NCBI GenBank assembly: GCA_964507625.1
Contig: CAZDPR010000001.1
Location: forward strand, 5,012-69,011
Direction: 5' to 3'
Length of the DNA stretch: 64,000 nucleotides
DNA from: an uncultured Candidatus Saccharibacteria bacterium
GTDB taxonomy: Bacteria > Patescibacteriota > Minisyncoccia > Phycocordibacterales > UBA1006
Shown piece after piece: positions 47,987 to 57,320 of the stretch. Numbering within the stretch: position 1 is the first letter of the stretch; each line of letters starts with the position of its first letter. A program made the translations under genes and the position numbers. The notes below the pieces were generated by a model. It made no database searches. It was given only the letters and a program-made list of their open reading frames with translations, and was not told where the DNA came from.

Positions 47987-48802
47987 ATGAACCTCACAAA
48001 ACCAGAAACTACCGAGGAACGAATCATTTCCCTCCTCCTTAAAAATTCGCTTTCTGGGGTTGAGTTATTAGAAATACTTGATGTTTCTGGTAAAAAAATT
48101 ACAAAACAAGCGTTATATAGTGTTTTAAGAAAATTAATCCAAGATGAAATAGTCGTAAAACATGCAAAAATGTTTTCAATTTCTCGATTATGGCTCAAAA
48201 ATATGGCGAATATGTTTACCTCGGCTCAGGATCGTTACGGGATTGAACTTGAAAAAAACGACTTTCTTTCATTGCATGAAGGTGACAAGATTTCATATAC
48301 CTTTAAAAATCCATACGAAGCAGACCAGTTTTGGGGTCATGCATTTGATATTCTAATTGATAAAACACCATTAGAAATTCCTATTGTATTATACAATCCC
48401 CATCAGTGGTTTTTACTAGTTCGTAAGGACAGTGAATATCAGTTATTAGAACGAATTAGTAAAGAGGGAAAAAAGTTACATAACCATGTTGGGAGTTCGA
48501 ATGCGTTAGATAGATATGTAGAAAAGTATTTTAATTTACCGGGATTGCAATATGTAATGAATGAACAAGGGTATTTTGAAGCAAGGAATTATTATATCAA
48601 TATATTTAATAACTATATTATTGAAGTATATATTGATGAAAAAGTTGCCGAAGAAATTGATCGTTTTTATGAGCAATATACAGATTTTGATAAAATCGCT
48701 GAAAAGAAATTACAATCTATTGTATCCCAGGGTAAAACAAAACTTATTATTTCTCTGAATACCAAAAAAGCAGATAGATTAAGAGGGTTGATTGAAGCTT
48801 AA
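47987..48802 (+). CDS. wHTH putative regulator, paralog 3 (same family as 14001 and 16163)
   Basis: KQALYSVLRKLIQDEIVVK...ISRLW...NPHQWFLL...KTKLIISLNTKKADRLRGL; collinear motifs with paralogs 1 and 2; divergent from the SDR-like gene. Confidence 0.45.
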   Translation: MNLTKPETTEERIISLLLKNSLSGVELLEILDVSGKKITKQALYSVLRKLIQDEIVVKHAKMFSISRLWLKNMANMFTSAQDRYGIELEKNDFLSLHEGDKISYTFKNPYEADQFWGHAFDILIDKTPLEIPIVLYNPHQWFLLVRKDSEYQLLERISKEGKKLHNHVGSSNALDRYVEKYFNLPGLQYVMNEQGYFEARNYYINIFNNYIIEVYIDEKVAEEIDRFYEQYTDFDKIAEKKLQSIVSQGKTKLIISLNTKKADRLRGLIEA

Positions 48803-48836
48803 AAAACACCTGTTTCATATGAAACAGGTGTTTTTG
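48801..48836. terminator. terminator whose stem is a parS-like palindrome
   Basis: AAAAAACACCTGTTTCATATGAAACAGGTGTTTTTG. Confidence 0.65.
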
Positions 48837-48873
48837 TTATGGATTAGATAAAAAATGGTTACATGTGAAACGT

Positions 48874-50364
48874 TTATTTATTAGCTTTCTTGGCAACATT
48901 ATGTTTCATGTGTAACTTGGTAATTTCTTGATTATCAATTTGTTCTTTGGTTTCCTTCCCTTTTTCTCCTAATGTACGAAGAATTGTATCATCTAGCTCA
49001 TTAAGATCTTTTACTCGTTCTGTTAATGTTTCCAGGGTGTTTTTTGTGGGGTCTTCCAAAACCTCTTCGAGTAATGCATGTAATATCCACCCCATGCGTG
49101 GCCCTGGTTTCATGTGTAACGTATGGAGTAAATAGTTCCCATCAATAGCGAGCTGTTTTACACTGATCGGATCACGCAAACATTCCTCAATCATGGCAAA
49201 ATATTTACGCAGACGATAGGGTGCCTCTGTTTTAGACATTCCAACACGGTCACATTCACGGACTTTCATGAGATCCCAAATATATTCCTTACCGACATTT
49301 TGAATCATTCTCCGCACAGCAGACAATGTGATTTGTTCTGTGTCGCTAAAAAACATATGCCAACGGACAAACATAACAACGATTTCAATGTCCTTTTTAG
49401 GAAATTTTAATCTTTCAAGGACTTTCTGGGTTATTCGTGCACCAACTACCTCATGTCCGTAAAAAGTATATGCTTTTTTATTTCCAGGCCTACGTGTTTT
49501 TGGTTTTCCGATATCGTGGAACAACGCTGCCAGTTTCACATGAAACGGATAGTCTTTATCTGCAGCATGCTGTAATGCATATACCAAATGGTCAAAAACA
49601 TCGTATTTATGGACTCCTCCTTGTTCACAATTAATTCCAGGAACGAATTCAGGGAGAATTATCTCCAGTACCCCTAATTGTTTCATGAGAAACATTCCAA
49701 TACCAGGATTTTTAGAATCTATTATTTTAATAAACTCATCCCTAATCCGCTCTATTGATATATTTTTCAATAAATCTTTGGTTTCTGATATTGCGGATAG
49801 GGTTTCATATGAAACAGGTAGGTTTAACTGAGCTGAAAAGCGGATAGCACGCATAATACGGAGTGCATCCTCTGAAAAACGTTCCACAGGATTACCAACC
49901 GATTCAATAATTCCCTTTTCTAATGATTGTTTCCCATGAAACGGATCAATAAACTCATATGTTTCAGGATTTAACGCAATTGCATTCATGGTGAAATCTC
50001 GACGAGAAAGGTCATCAATGATGTTTTTACTAAAAGACACAGAATCAGGATGTCTGTTATCAGAGTAATTACCTTCTGTCCGATATGGGGTCACCTGGAT
50101 TTCTCGCACAGTACTGGTGAGATCTTCATCTTCAAAAACAACAGAAACTGTTCCAAATTGGTTTTCGTACACCACCTTGAGATCGTCTAATTCAAATATG
50201 GGGATCATTTCCTCTGGGATTGCATTTGTTGTAATATCCCAATCTTTGGGTTCACGTGAAACGATAATGTCGCGTACACAACCTCCTACTAGGTACGCCT
50301 CAAAACCCGCTTTGGCAAGCAAGTTCGTTACACGGGAAACATTGTGAGGAATACGCGCATTCAT
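48874..50364 (-). CDS. cca: CCA-adding enzyme / tRNA nucleotidyltransferase with an HD domain
   Basis: LVGGCVRDIIVSREPKDWDITT (PolB-type NTase), HD motif LAALFHDIGKP; 496 aa. Confidence 0.8.
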   Translation of the reverse strand: MNARIPHNVSRVTNLLAKAGFEAYLVGGCVRDIIVSREPKDWDITTNAIPEEMIPIFELDDLKVVYENQFGTVSVVFEDEDLTSTVREIQVTPYRTEGNYSDNRHPDSVSFSKNIIDDLSRRDFTMNAIALNPETYEFIDPFHGKQSLEKGIIESVGNPVERFSEDALRIMRAIRFSAQLNLPVSYETLSAISETKDLLKNISIERIRDEFIKIIDSKNPGIGMFLMKQLGVLEIILPEFVPGINCEQGGVHKYDVFDHLVYALQHAADKDYPFHVKLAALFHDIGKPKTRRPGNKKAYTFYGHEVVGARITQKVLERLKFPKKDIEIVVMFVRWHMFFSDTEQITLSAVRRMIQNVGKEYIWDLMKVRECDRVGMSKTEAPYRLRKYFAMIEECLRDPISVKQLAIDGNYLLHTLHMKPGPRMGWILHALLEEVLEDPTKNTLETLTERVKDLNELDDTILRTLGEKGKETKEQIDNQEITKLHMKHNVAKKANK

Positions 50365-50372
50365 ATAGTTTA

Positions 50373-50660
50373 TTATTGATCACTTGATACATCTTTTGCA
50401 TCAGATTTTATATCACTTGTTTCATGTGGAACATTAAAATCTTCATGATGATTATTTGTTTCACGTGAAACTTGCTCTTGTTTTTTTGGAATAATAGCCC
50501 AACAAATAATATAGAACAGTATTCCAGGTAGATTAAAGATTAATGTAATTAATACATAAGCCAGTCGTACCAATGTCGGATCTTTTTCAATATGTTCAGC
50601 AAAACCACCTAAAACACCACCAAGTATTTTTTCTTGATTTGATCGATATAGTTTTTTCAT
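50373..50660 (-). CDS. PspC-domain membrane protein
   Basis: LYRSNQEKILGGVLGGFAEHIEKDPTLVRLAYVLITLIF...YIICWAIIP fits the PspC-domain consensus; start moved to the internal Met to clear tRNA-Arg. Confidence 0.55.
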   Translation of the reverse strand: MKKLYRSNQEKILGGVLGGFAEHIEKDPTLVRLAYVLITLIFNLPGILFYIICWAIIPKKQEQVSRETNNHHEDFNVPHETSDIKSDAKDVSSDQ

Positions 50661-50727
50661 AAGTATTATGGCAAGTTCTTTAGTTTCTTGCTCATTATTA
50701 GTATACAACATTCTTAAAGAATTTATG

Positions 50728-50799
50728 TGCACCTACCAGGACTCGAACCTAGAATAACAGTTCCGAAGACTGCTGTGATATCCATTTCACCATAGGTGC
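50728..50799 (-). tRNA. tRNA-Arg (anticodon UCG)
   Basis: reverse complement folds as GCACCTA-TG-GTGA-AATGGATA-TCAC-A-GCAGT-CTTCGGA-ACTGT-TATT-CTAGG-TTCGAGT-CCTGG-TAGGTGC-A. Confidence 0.75.
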
Positions 50800-50872
50800 T
50801 TTTTAATTATTCGAACTTAGTAAAAATAGCATATATTTTACATTAAATCAAGTTATATTCATTATTAGCTAG

Positions 50873-50943
50873 TGCAAGCAGAGGGAATCGAACCCTCGAC
50901 TTCTCCTTGGCAAGGAGATATTTTACCACTAAACCATGCCTGC
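50873..50943 (-). tRNA. tRNA-Gly (anticodon GCC)
   Basis: reverse complement has anticodon arm TCTCC-TTGCCAA-GGAGA, T-arm GAGGG-TTCGATT-CCCTC, acceptor GCAGGCA/TGCTTGC. Confidence 0.8.
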
Positions 50944-51393
50944 GATAAATCGAGTATATCATAAGGACTTTATTTTTGAACAGATAAGTTAATAAAGGAC
51001 TTATACACAAATTCCCCAAGTTATCCACATATTGTGTAAGACAAGAATAAAAAAATCAGGAACAATTTTGTCAAAAAATTATTGACATATAATAATTTTA
51101 TTATTTTTAAATCAAAAATAGCCTTTATTTTTATTAAAAATGTGGATAAACCTGTGGTATATGTTTATAACCGACAAGTCAATATTGTCTATTGTTAAAA
51201 AAATTGTGTCTCACAATAGTCTTATATAAAATTTTTTTATCAAAATATTCATATAAAATAAGCTTATTTTGAATAAAAACTTTTTATCAGACAAAAAAAT
51301 AATATTGTGGATATTAATATGTTTCACGTGAAACATATTAATTTTATTAAACTAATAAAAATTTGAACTAAAATATATTATAATAAACCTGCT
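50944..51393. promoter_or_regulatory. AT-rich intergenic region with a DnaA-box cluster (second origin-like element)
   Basis: perfect TTATCCACA at 51021, perfect TGTGGATAA at 51140, TGTGGTATA at 51152, TGTGGATAT at 51306, perfect parS at 51319; about 20% GC. Confidence 0.5.
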
Positions 51394-51843
51394 ATGAAAC
51401 GCTTTACTACAGGAAAACAAAAAATTGGTGAATTAGGTGAAACGTTTGCGCAGAATTTTTTAGTTGAACAAGGGTATGTAACTATTCAGAGAAACTTTAA
51501 TTGTCGTTTTGGTGAAATTGACTTGATTATGAAAAAGGGAAGTCGGTTACATTTTATTGAAGTAAAGACAGTAGTACAAAAAAGTGCTACTGACCTGGTA
51601 GTAAACTCGCAAATGTCTTTGAGTAACCGAGAGTTATTTATTAAAGAATATCGATCACTTACTAATCCTTTTGAAAATATTTCGTTTCGCAAGAAAAAGA
51701 AGCTCATAAAAACAGTAAGGTATTATTATTTAGTGAATAAAAAAATACCAGAAAATTTTTCCATTGATGGCATTGGAATTATTTTAAATAAAAATAATGA
51801 AGTCACTGATTGTAAAGTTATCCACAATATCATTATTCAATAG
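51394..51843 (+). CDS. YraN-family (UPF0102) endonuclease-like protein
   Basis: ...FGEIDLIMKKGSRLHFIEVKTV... PD-(D/E)xK-type signature of the YraN family. Confidence 0.65.
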   Translation: MKRFTTGKQKIGELGETFAQNFLVEQGYVTIQRNFNCRFGEIDLIMKKGSRLHFIEVKTVVQKSATDLVVNSQMSLSNRELFIKEYRSLTNPFENISFRKKKKLIKTVRYYYLVNKKIPENFSIDGIGIILNKNNEVTDCKVIHNIIIQ

Positions 51844-51884
51844 TATAGGGAATATGAATATTTACTTTATAATAGTAAGTATCT

Positions 51885-54800
51885 ATGTCTAACGCTAATA
51901 CATTTGGAACAATTGGAAGTAAAAAAGTAAACACTGTTTCGATAGAAAAAGTTGTACCTCAATCAAATTCAAAAAATCCCAACCTTGATTTTATTAAAGG
52001 TCGCCCACCAGTGGATTCGCTCGCAGCAAAAATGAAAATTATTCCTGAGGGACAGACGGAGGCTGATCATGTTTCAAAAGATATAGAATCAAAAAATACA
52101 GTTGACCTTACTTTTGGGTCCACAAAAATTGGTCAAGAGCCTCCACAGCATATTTTAATGTTGTTAAAAAAATTAAATATACCATTTTCTATTGATAAAA
52201 ATTATATTCAACATACTCCAAACGAAACATTTTTTACAGTCTTTGAACCTGGTTCTAATAGAAAAATAATGATTGATTTAAAAAATCAAGATATAGTAAC
52301 CTCTTTTGATAGTTCTCAATTTACGAAATTTTTTGAAAATAAATCTATTTCTAATTCTGAGCTTAAGGATGATGAGGAAATAAAAAATCCTTTTGCTAAT
52401 ATAGTCGAAGGTTTTTCACCTGATAATTTAAAAAAAATATACGGAGAACAAGAAGGAGTTTCTAATGGGGAAGAAAAAACAGTAAAAACTATTGAAGATC
52501 GAATTAAAGAAATTGATGCAGAGTTCCGTTCGATTATGACAAAGTCAGATGATGCTTCAAAATTACGAAGACTTGAATTAACACGAGAAAAAACAAAATT
52601 AACACGGGAAAAAAATAAAATTAAGGAAATAGATACTGAAGATCAGAAGATTGAAAAAGATTGGTCGTTCGGTAAAAAGTTTATTGAAGGCAAAAAAGAA
52701 CCCGTTTCTTCTGATGATGCAATTCGTCAAGAATATCAAGAGTTAAGTAATAAGGTGAGCGCAGAAGGGTATACAGAACAAGAACGTGAAGCATTCCTTG
52801 AAAAAGGAATTGCAATTGAAAAAGTTTTAACTAATTTAAAACAAGAAAAAATAGCAAGTCCTGTAGTGACATTAGAAAATAAAATTGGGAATACTACTGG
52901 TCTCATAGACCTTTTCAAAGTAATTGAGCAGTCAAATGGCATTCGTCGTGGAGAAGATTTCTTTACTCCAGGAGAAATAAGGGAACGCATTGTTAAATTC
53001 TTACAGAGTAATGGTGATATTCGAGATATACCAGAAACTGATGGTTTGAGGAAAAAAGTTCTTGAAATTAAAAAAAATCGCGAACAAGAAAATATGTTAC
53101 TTGAAATGGATGGTGCTTCAGAATTAAAATCAGACAATGTCATACCCGTAGCCCTTGAACAAGGGTTAGAAAGTGTTACTGTTAAAAATGTCTTACCAGA
53201 TGATGTTTTTTTGGATGAGCCTGTACTCATCGCACAAGAACAAAACAAAAAAAGGCTTGAGCAAGAAGCGTTAGAACTACAAAAACAAGATCAGCAAAGA
53301 ATAAAAATGGAAATGCTGAAAAATAATCTTAATGCAGCACGTGCTGAATACGCAAAACAACAAGGTGAATACAATAAACGTTCTTACATCGATCGGTTTA
53401 GTGCAAAAGTTGCTAATATTTTTGGAAACAATTCAGAAGTAACCCGAGAAAAATTCAACGCACAAAACGCTTATGAATCTGCAAAACAGGCATATCTCCA
53501 GGAAATGGCGCAACAGAAAAAACCAGTAACTGAAATTATTGGTTTCATACAACAAGAGCAGGTGACTTTTGCAGAATCAATGCCGCTCAAGCGTCGACAA
53601 CAATTGGCAAGGTTTGCTGGTAAATTAGGGATGGGGGCGCTATCAACAGTTGCAACCACTGTCGGTACTGTTGCAAATTCTTATACTCAAGCTACTGAAT
53701 CAGCATTGAAAACAATTGGTTTGAGTGAAGCATCTGCAAAAACTGCTTCAAAATGGATTGGTCGTGGACTCCTTGCTACTACGTTTGGATTAGTGTCAGG
53801 AGGGGGAGGTATTGTCGCAACAGCTGGAAATGTTGCGGTTCGCATGGCTGGCGCAGAACTCGCTGATTGGGCAGTACTCAAAAGAGTATTTGGGAATGAT
53901 ACGGAAGCAAAAGTTTTGGAAAAAACGGTAGAAAAATTTGCAGAAACCGATCTTACCAATGCAAAAAACTTGGCAACGCTTGAACGTAAAGTGAAAAATG
54001 CTAAAAAAACGAGCACATTAAACAGGTTTATGCGTGGTGCGTTAAAAATTGGCGCAGGAATGGGAACCGGGGCTGCAGTAAATGCAATTGATGCAGCGTA
54101 CTTTACACCACAGGTGGAAGTCCCTCAAACACCCAATGATATGCAAATTGGAAAAATAGAAGAAGATATTGGTATCCGGCCAGAGGCTACTCCAGGGACA
54201 GGAGTTGAAAATCTTTCATCTGATGCACTGGTAAGAACTGGGGAAGGGGTTACTCATCCAATTTTACGACAACTCCAAGCTGACCCCGAGCTTGCAAAAG
54301 CGTTCGGTGTTGAAGGTACTCCTACCGGAGCTGATGCTGCGCGTGTAGCAAAAGAATTTGGATATATTGACACAAATGGTACAGAAATCCGAGTATTTGA
54401 TGGTAATAATGCTGCATATGAGTTGAAAATTGATAGTAATGGAAACCCTGTAATAAATGAATACAAAAATGGGATTTTTATGGAGTCAAAATCAATTGGG
54501 TCAGCATTTGAAGGTTCTGGTGCTGAGCCTTATGAATACATAGAAAATAAAACTCCTATAACATCATTTAATGCAGGTTCTGCAAATAATTTCCCAGAAC
54601 AGTTTGATCAACCCGCTCCTGGTTATCAACCAGAAGCTACGACAACGCTTGAAAAAATCCAATCTAATATTGTTGGCGGTGGAATAAGTATTCCACAATC
54701 ATTAAATCCATTTATTGATGGCAGTGCTCCGTTTGATCCAAGTAATATAGCTCTTAATAAAATTTTGTTAACAGAAGCTTATCCAAATGCAACTAGTGAT

Positions 54801-54923
54801 CAGTTAATAAAAATGGCAGAGGGTGTAAAAAATCTTTATGCGCAAGGGGTTACGACTCCGCCGGATCAATTATTTAACCAGGCTCAGTCAGTAAAAGTTA
54901 CTCCTGATACACTCTTCAACTAA
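51885..54923 (+). CDS. large hypothetical protein (1012 aa) with coiled-coil N-half and glycine-zipper hydrophobic segments
   Basis: locally elevated GC (spurious antisense ORFs appear); segments GALSTVATTVGTVANSY, GLLATTFGLVSGGGGIVATAGNVAVRMAG, ALKIGAGMGTGAAVNAIDAAY; no N-terminal signal peptide. Confidence 0.5.
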   Translation: MSNANTFGTIGSKKVNTVSIEKVVPQSNSKNPNLDFIKGRPPVDSLAAKMKIIPEGQTEADHVSKDIESKNTVDLTFGSTKIGQEPPQHILMLLKKLNIPFSIDKNYIQHTPNETFFTVFEPGSNRKIMIDLKNQDIVTSFDSSQFTKFFENKSISNSELKDDEEIKNPFANIVEGFSPDNLKKIYGEQEGVSNGEEKTVKTIEDRIKEIDAEFRSIMTKSDDASKLRRLELTREKTKLTREKNKIKEIDTEDQKIEKDWSFGKKFIEGKKEPVSSDDAIRQEYQELSNKVSAEGYTEQEREAFLEKGIAIEKVLTNLKQEKIASPVVTLENKIGNTTGLIDLFKVIEQSNGIRRGEDFFTPGEIRERIVKFLQSNGDIRDIPETDGLRKKVLEIKKNREQENMLLEMDGASELKSDNVIPVALEQGLESVTVKNVLPDDVFLDEPVLIAQEQNKKRLEQEALELQKQDQQRIKMEMLKNNLNAARAEYAKQQGEYNKRSYIDRFSAKVANIFGNNSEVTREKFNAQNAYESAKQAYLQEMAQQKKPVTEIIGFIQQEQVTFAESMPLKRRQQLARFAGKLGMGALSTVATTVGTVANSYTQATESALKTIGLSEASAKTASKWIGRGLLATTFGLVSGGGGIVATAGNVAVRMAGAELADWAVLKRVFGNDTEAKVLEKTVEKFAETDLTNAKNLATLERKVKNAKKTSTLNRFMRGALKIGAGMGTGAAVNAIDAAYFTPQVEVPQTPNDMQIGKIEEDIGIRPEATPGTGVENLSSDALVRTGEGVTHPILRQLQADPELAKAFGVEGTPTGADAARVAKEFGYIDTNGTEIRVFDGNNAAYELKIDSNGNPVINEYKNGIFMESKSIGSAFEGSGAEPYEYIENKTPITSFNAGSANNFPEQFDQPAPGYQPEATTTLEKIQSNIVGGGISIPQSLNPFIDGSAPFDPSNIALNKILLTEAYPNATSDQLIKMAEGVKNLYAQGVTTPPDQLFNQAQSVKVTPDTLFN

Positions 54924-54958
54924 TAGGTCGAAGTTATATTTTTAATTATATATATTTT

Positions 54959-55303
54959 ATGGATGCACAAAAATTTCATGAGACGCTTGTTCAAGAATTT
55001 AATCTCCAAGCGTACTCACCACAAGAGCAAGCACAATATATCGATCAGTTGGGCGAATTAGTACTCCAAGGGGTATTACTCAAAGCGTTTTCTGCTATTT
55101 CAGATGAACAAGCTGATCAAATGGAAAAATCTATGGAACAGGGAATGGAGCCTGAACAGATGATGAGCATGCTCCAATCAATGATCCCAGGGTTTGCAGA
55201 ATTGGTTCGAGACGAGGTGATGCAAGTAAAACAAGATCTTGCCACCGGGACCAATTCATCAGACGTTACACCTTCAACAAATTCTGATTCTATTTTTGGA
55301 TAA
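54959..55303 (+). CDS. acidic, Q/M-rich hypothetical 114-aa protein
   Basis: ORF only; follows the 1012-aa gene; terminator after it. Confidence 0.35.
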   Translation: MDAQKFHETLVQEFNLQAYSPQEQAQYIDQLGELVLQGVLLKAFSAISDEQADQMEKSMEQGMEPEQMMSMLQSMIPGFAELVRDEVMQVKQDLATGTNSSDVTPSTNSDSIFG

Positions 55304-55337
55304 TAAAAAAGAGCATTCGAGACATGCTCTTTTTTGT
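55304..55337 (+). terminator. terminator
   Basis: AAAAAAGAGCAT-tcgagac-ATGCTCTTTTTTG. Confidence 0.65.
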
Positions 55338-55374
55338 ATAAAAAACATAATGTTCCTGTGATATACTTTATTAT

Positions 55375-57297
55375 ATGAATTTTGATTATTTAAATGATTT
55401 AAACAATGAACAGCGAAAAGCGGTAATGCATACAGCAGGACCGCTTTTAATTGTTGCTGGTGCAGGAACTGGAAAAACAAAAACATTAACCTATCGAATT
55501 ATGCATTTAATAGAACAAGGGGTAGATGCGCATGCAATTTTAGCAATTACTTTTACCAATAAAGCAGCTAATGAAATGAGGGAACGATTACGTCATATGC
55601 TCGGCGAACACAGAACTATGCCAATGATGAAAACTTTTCACGGACTCGGAGTGTATATACTGCGTAGGTTTTATCAAGAAGTGGGAATTCGCAAAGAGTT
55701 TGCTATTCTTGATACTCAGGACACAATGAAATTAATTAAAGAATGCATGGAAGAATTATCGATTGACCCCAAAAAATATGACCCACGAACCATCCGTACT
55801 ATTATTAGTAATGCAAAAAATGCAGGAAAATCAGTTTTTGATTTTGAATCAGAAATACACAACGAAACATCGAATTTTGCTTTACAAATTTGGAAACTTT
55901 TTGAAACCAAGAAAAAAGCAGAACACGCACTTGATTTTGATGATTTATTAATAAAAACACGCGATGTTTTAAAAAATAATGCATTGGTACGCGAAACATT
56001 GCAAAAACAATTCCAGTATATTCATATTGATGAGTATCAGGACACCAATCAGGTACAATATGAAATTGCAAAAATTTTGGCGGCAGATGATCACAATATT
56101 TGCGCAGTGGGCGATACTGATCAAAATATCTACAGTTGGCGTGGAGCAAATATTAAAAATATGCTCAATTTTGAAAAAGATTTTCCTGGAACCATTACTA
56201 TTATGCTCGAACAAAACTATCGTTCGTCAGGAAATATTTTATCTGTAGCTGATGCGATTATTACCAAAAACACTGCTCGTATTGAAAAAACATTGCGCAC
56301 AGAAAAATCAGCAGGTGAAAAAATTGCAGTATATATAGGACTGAACGAGTCCCATGAAGGAAACTTGATTGCAGGTGAAATCAAGCAAATCTTATCCCAT
56401 GGAGTTCCAGCAAACGAAATTGCAATATTATTCCGAACACATTTTCAATCACGAGTATTAGAAGAATCGTGTTTGAAAAATGATATTCCGTACCACGTAT
56501 TGGGGGTAAAATTCTTTGATCGTAAAGAAATCAAGGATCTTGTCTCGTATATTCGTGCAAGCGTTAATCCAGACAGTTTAACTGACGTAAAGCGAGTTAT
56601 TAATGAACCTAAAAGAGGTATTGGAAAGGTAGCTTTAGCAAAAATTTTTGCAAACCAGGCGAATGATCTTTCGGGGGCCGCAGCACAAGGGTATCGAGAC
56701 TTTCAAATGATATTGCACGATATTCGTACCAGTGCTTCAGAAAAAATACCATCAGAGGTAGTGCGATTTGCAATAGACCGATCTGGAATGAAATATGCTT
56801 ATATGAATGGTCCAGCAGATGAACAGGAGCGGTTAGAAACGATGGAGGAATTGGTAACCTATGCGCTTCGTTATGATGAATTACCAATTGGAGATGGAAT
56901 ATTGCAAATGCTTGAAGATATTGCATTATTATCAGAACAGGACAATATCAGAGATGATCGACCTGCGGTAAAGTTAATGACCGTGCATGCTGCAAAAGGG
57001 CTCGAGTTTAATTATGTATTTGTATCAGGAATGGAGCAGGGATTATTCCCTCATGCAGGATATGACCAGAAAAAAGGTAAGGAAGAGCAAGAAGAAGAGC
57101 GTCGTCTGTTTTATGTAGCAGTAACCCGAGCCCGGGAACAGCTGTATCTGTCCTATGCATATTCTCGAACCGTATACGGACAACAGAATTTTAATGCTCC
57201 GAGTGAATTTTTAGCCGATATTCCGGATACTTTGTTGGAATATCAAGAAACGGATGCACCAGAAGAACCCTTAAAAACCGTGTATTTGGAGTGGTAA
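55375..57297 (+). CDS. pcrA: UvrD/PcrA/Rep-family superfamily 1 DNA helicase
   Basis: motif I AGAGTGKTKTLT, II DEYQDTN, III, V, VI VAVTRAREQL; 640 aa, lacking the usual C-terminal tail. Confidence 0.8.
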   Translation: MNFDYLNDLNNEQRKAVMHTAGPLLIVAGAGTGKTKTLTYRIMHLIEQGVDAHAILAITFTNKAANEMRERLRHMLGEHRTMPMMKTFHGLGVYILRRFYQEVGIRKEFAILDTQDTMKLIKECMEELSIDPKKYDPRTIRTIISNAKNAGKSVFDFESEIHNETSNFALQIWKLFETKKKAEHALDFDDLLIKTRDVLKNNALVRETLQKQFQYIHIDEYQDTNQVQYEIAKILAADDHNICAVGDTDQNIYSWRGANIKNMLNFEKDFPGTITIMLEQNYRSSGNILSVADAIITKNTARIEKTLRTEKSAGEKIAVYIGLNESHEGNLIAGEIKQILSHGVPANEIAILFRTHFQSRVLEESCLKNDIPYHVLGVKFFDRKEIKDLVSYIRASVNPDSLTDVKRVINEPKRGIGKVALAKIFANQANDLSGAAAQGYRDFQMILHDIRTSASEKIPSEVVRFAIDRSGMKYAYMNGPADEQERLETMEELVTYALRYDELPIGDGILQMLEDIALLSEQDNIRDDRPAVKLMTVHAAKGLEFNYVFVSGMEQGLFPHAGYDQKKGKEEQEEERRLFYVAVTRAREQLYLSYAYSRTVYGQQNFNAPSEFLADIPDTLLEYQETDAPEEPLKTVYLEW

Positions 57298-57320
57298 ATT
57301 TTTTATAGTATACTAGATTT

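Larger units (their letters stand above)
48811..51334. repeat. array of at least 11 parS-like 14-16-bp palindromes GTTTCAYRTGAAAC
   Basis: copies at 48811, 48857, 48903, 49106, 49533, 49801, 49931 (partial), 50248, 50418, 50457 and 51319; the last is perfect TGTTTCACGTGAAACA; several lie inside the cca and pspC-like CDSs. Confidence 0.7.

Noticed and set aside
50843-51028. 61-aa minus-strand ORF
   Set aside because: It overlaps tRNA-Gly.
52736-54466. Four antisense ORFs (52736-53248, 53471-53659, 53687-54016, 54254-54466) inside the 1012-aa gene
   Set aside because: They lie antisense to a long, well-behaved ORF. They appear only because this gene is GC-richer (fewer stop codons). Their composition is Ser/Ala/Cys-rich and low-complexity.
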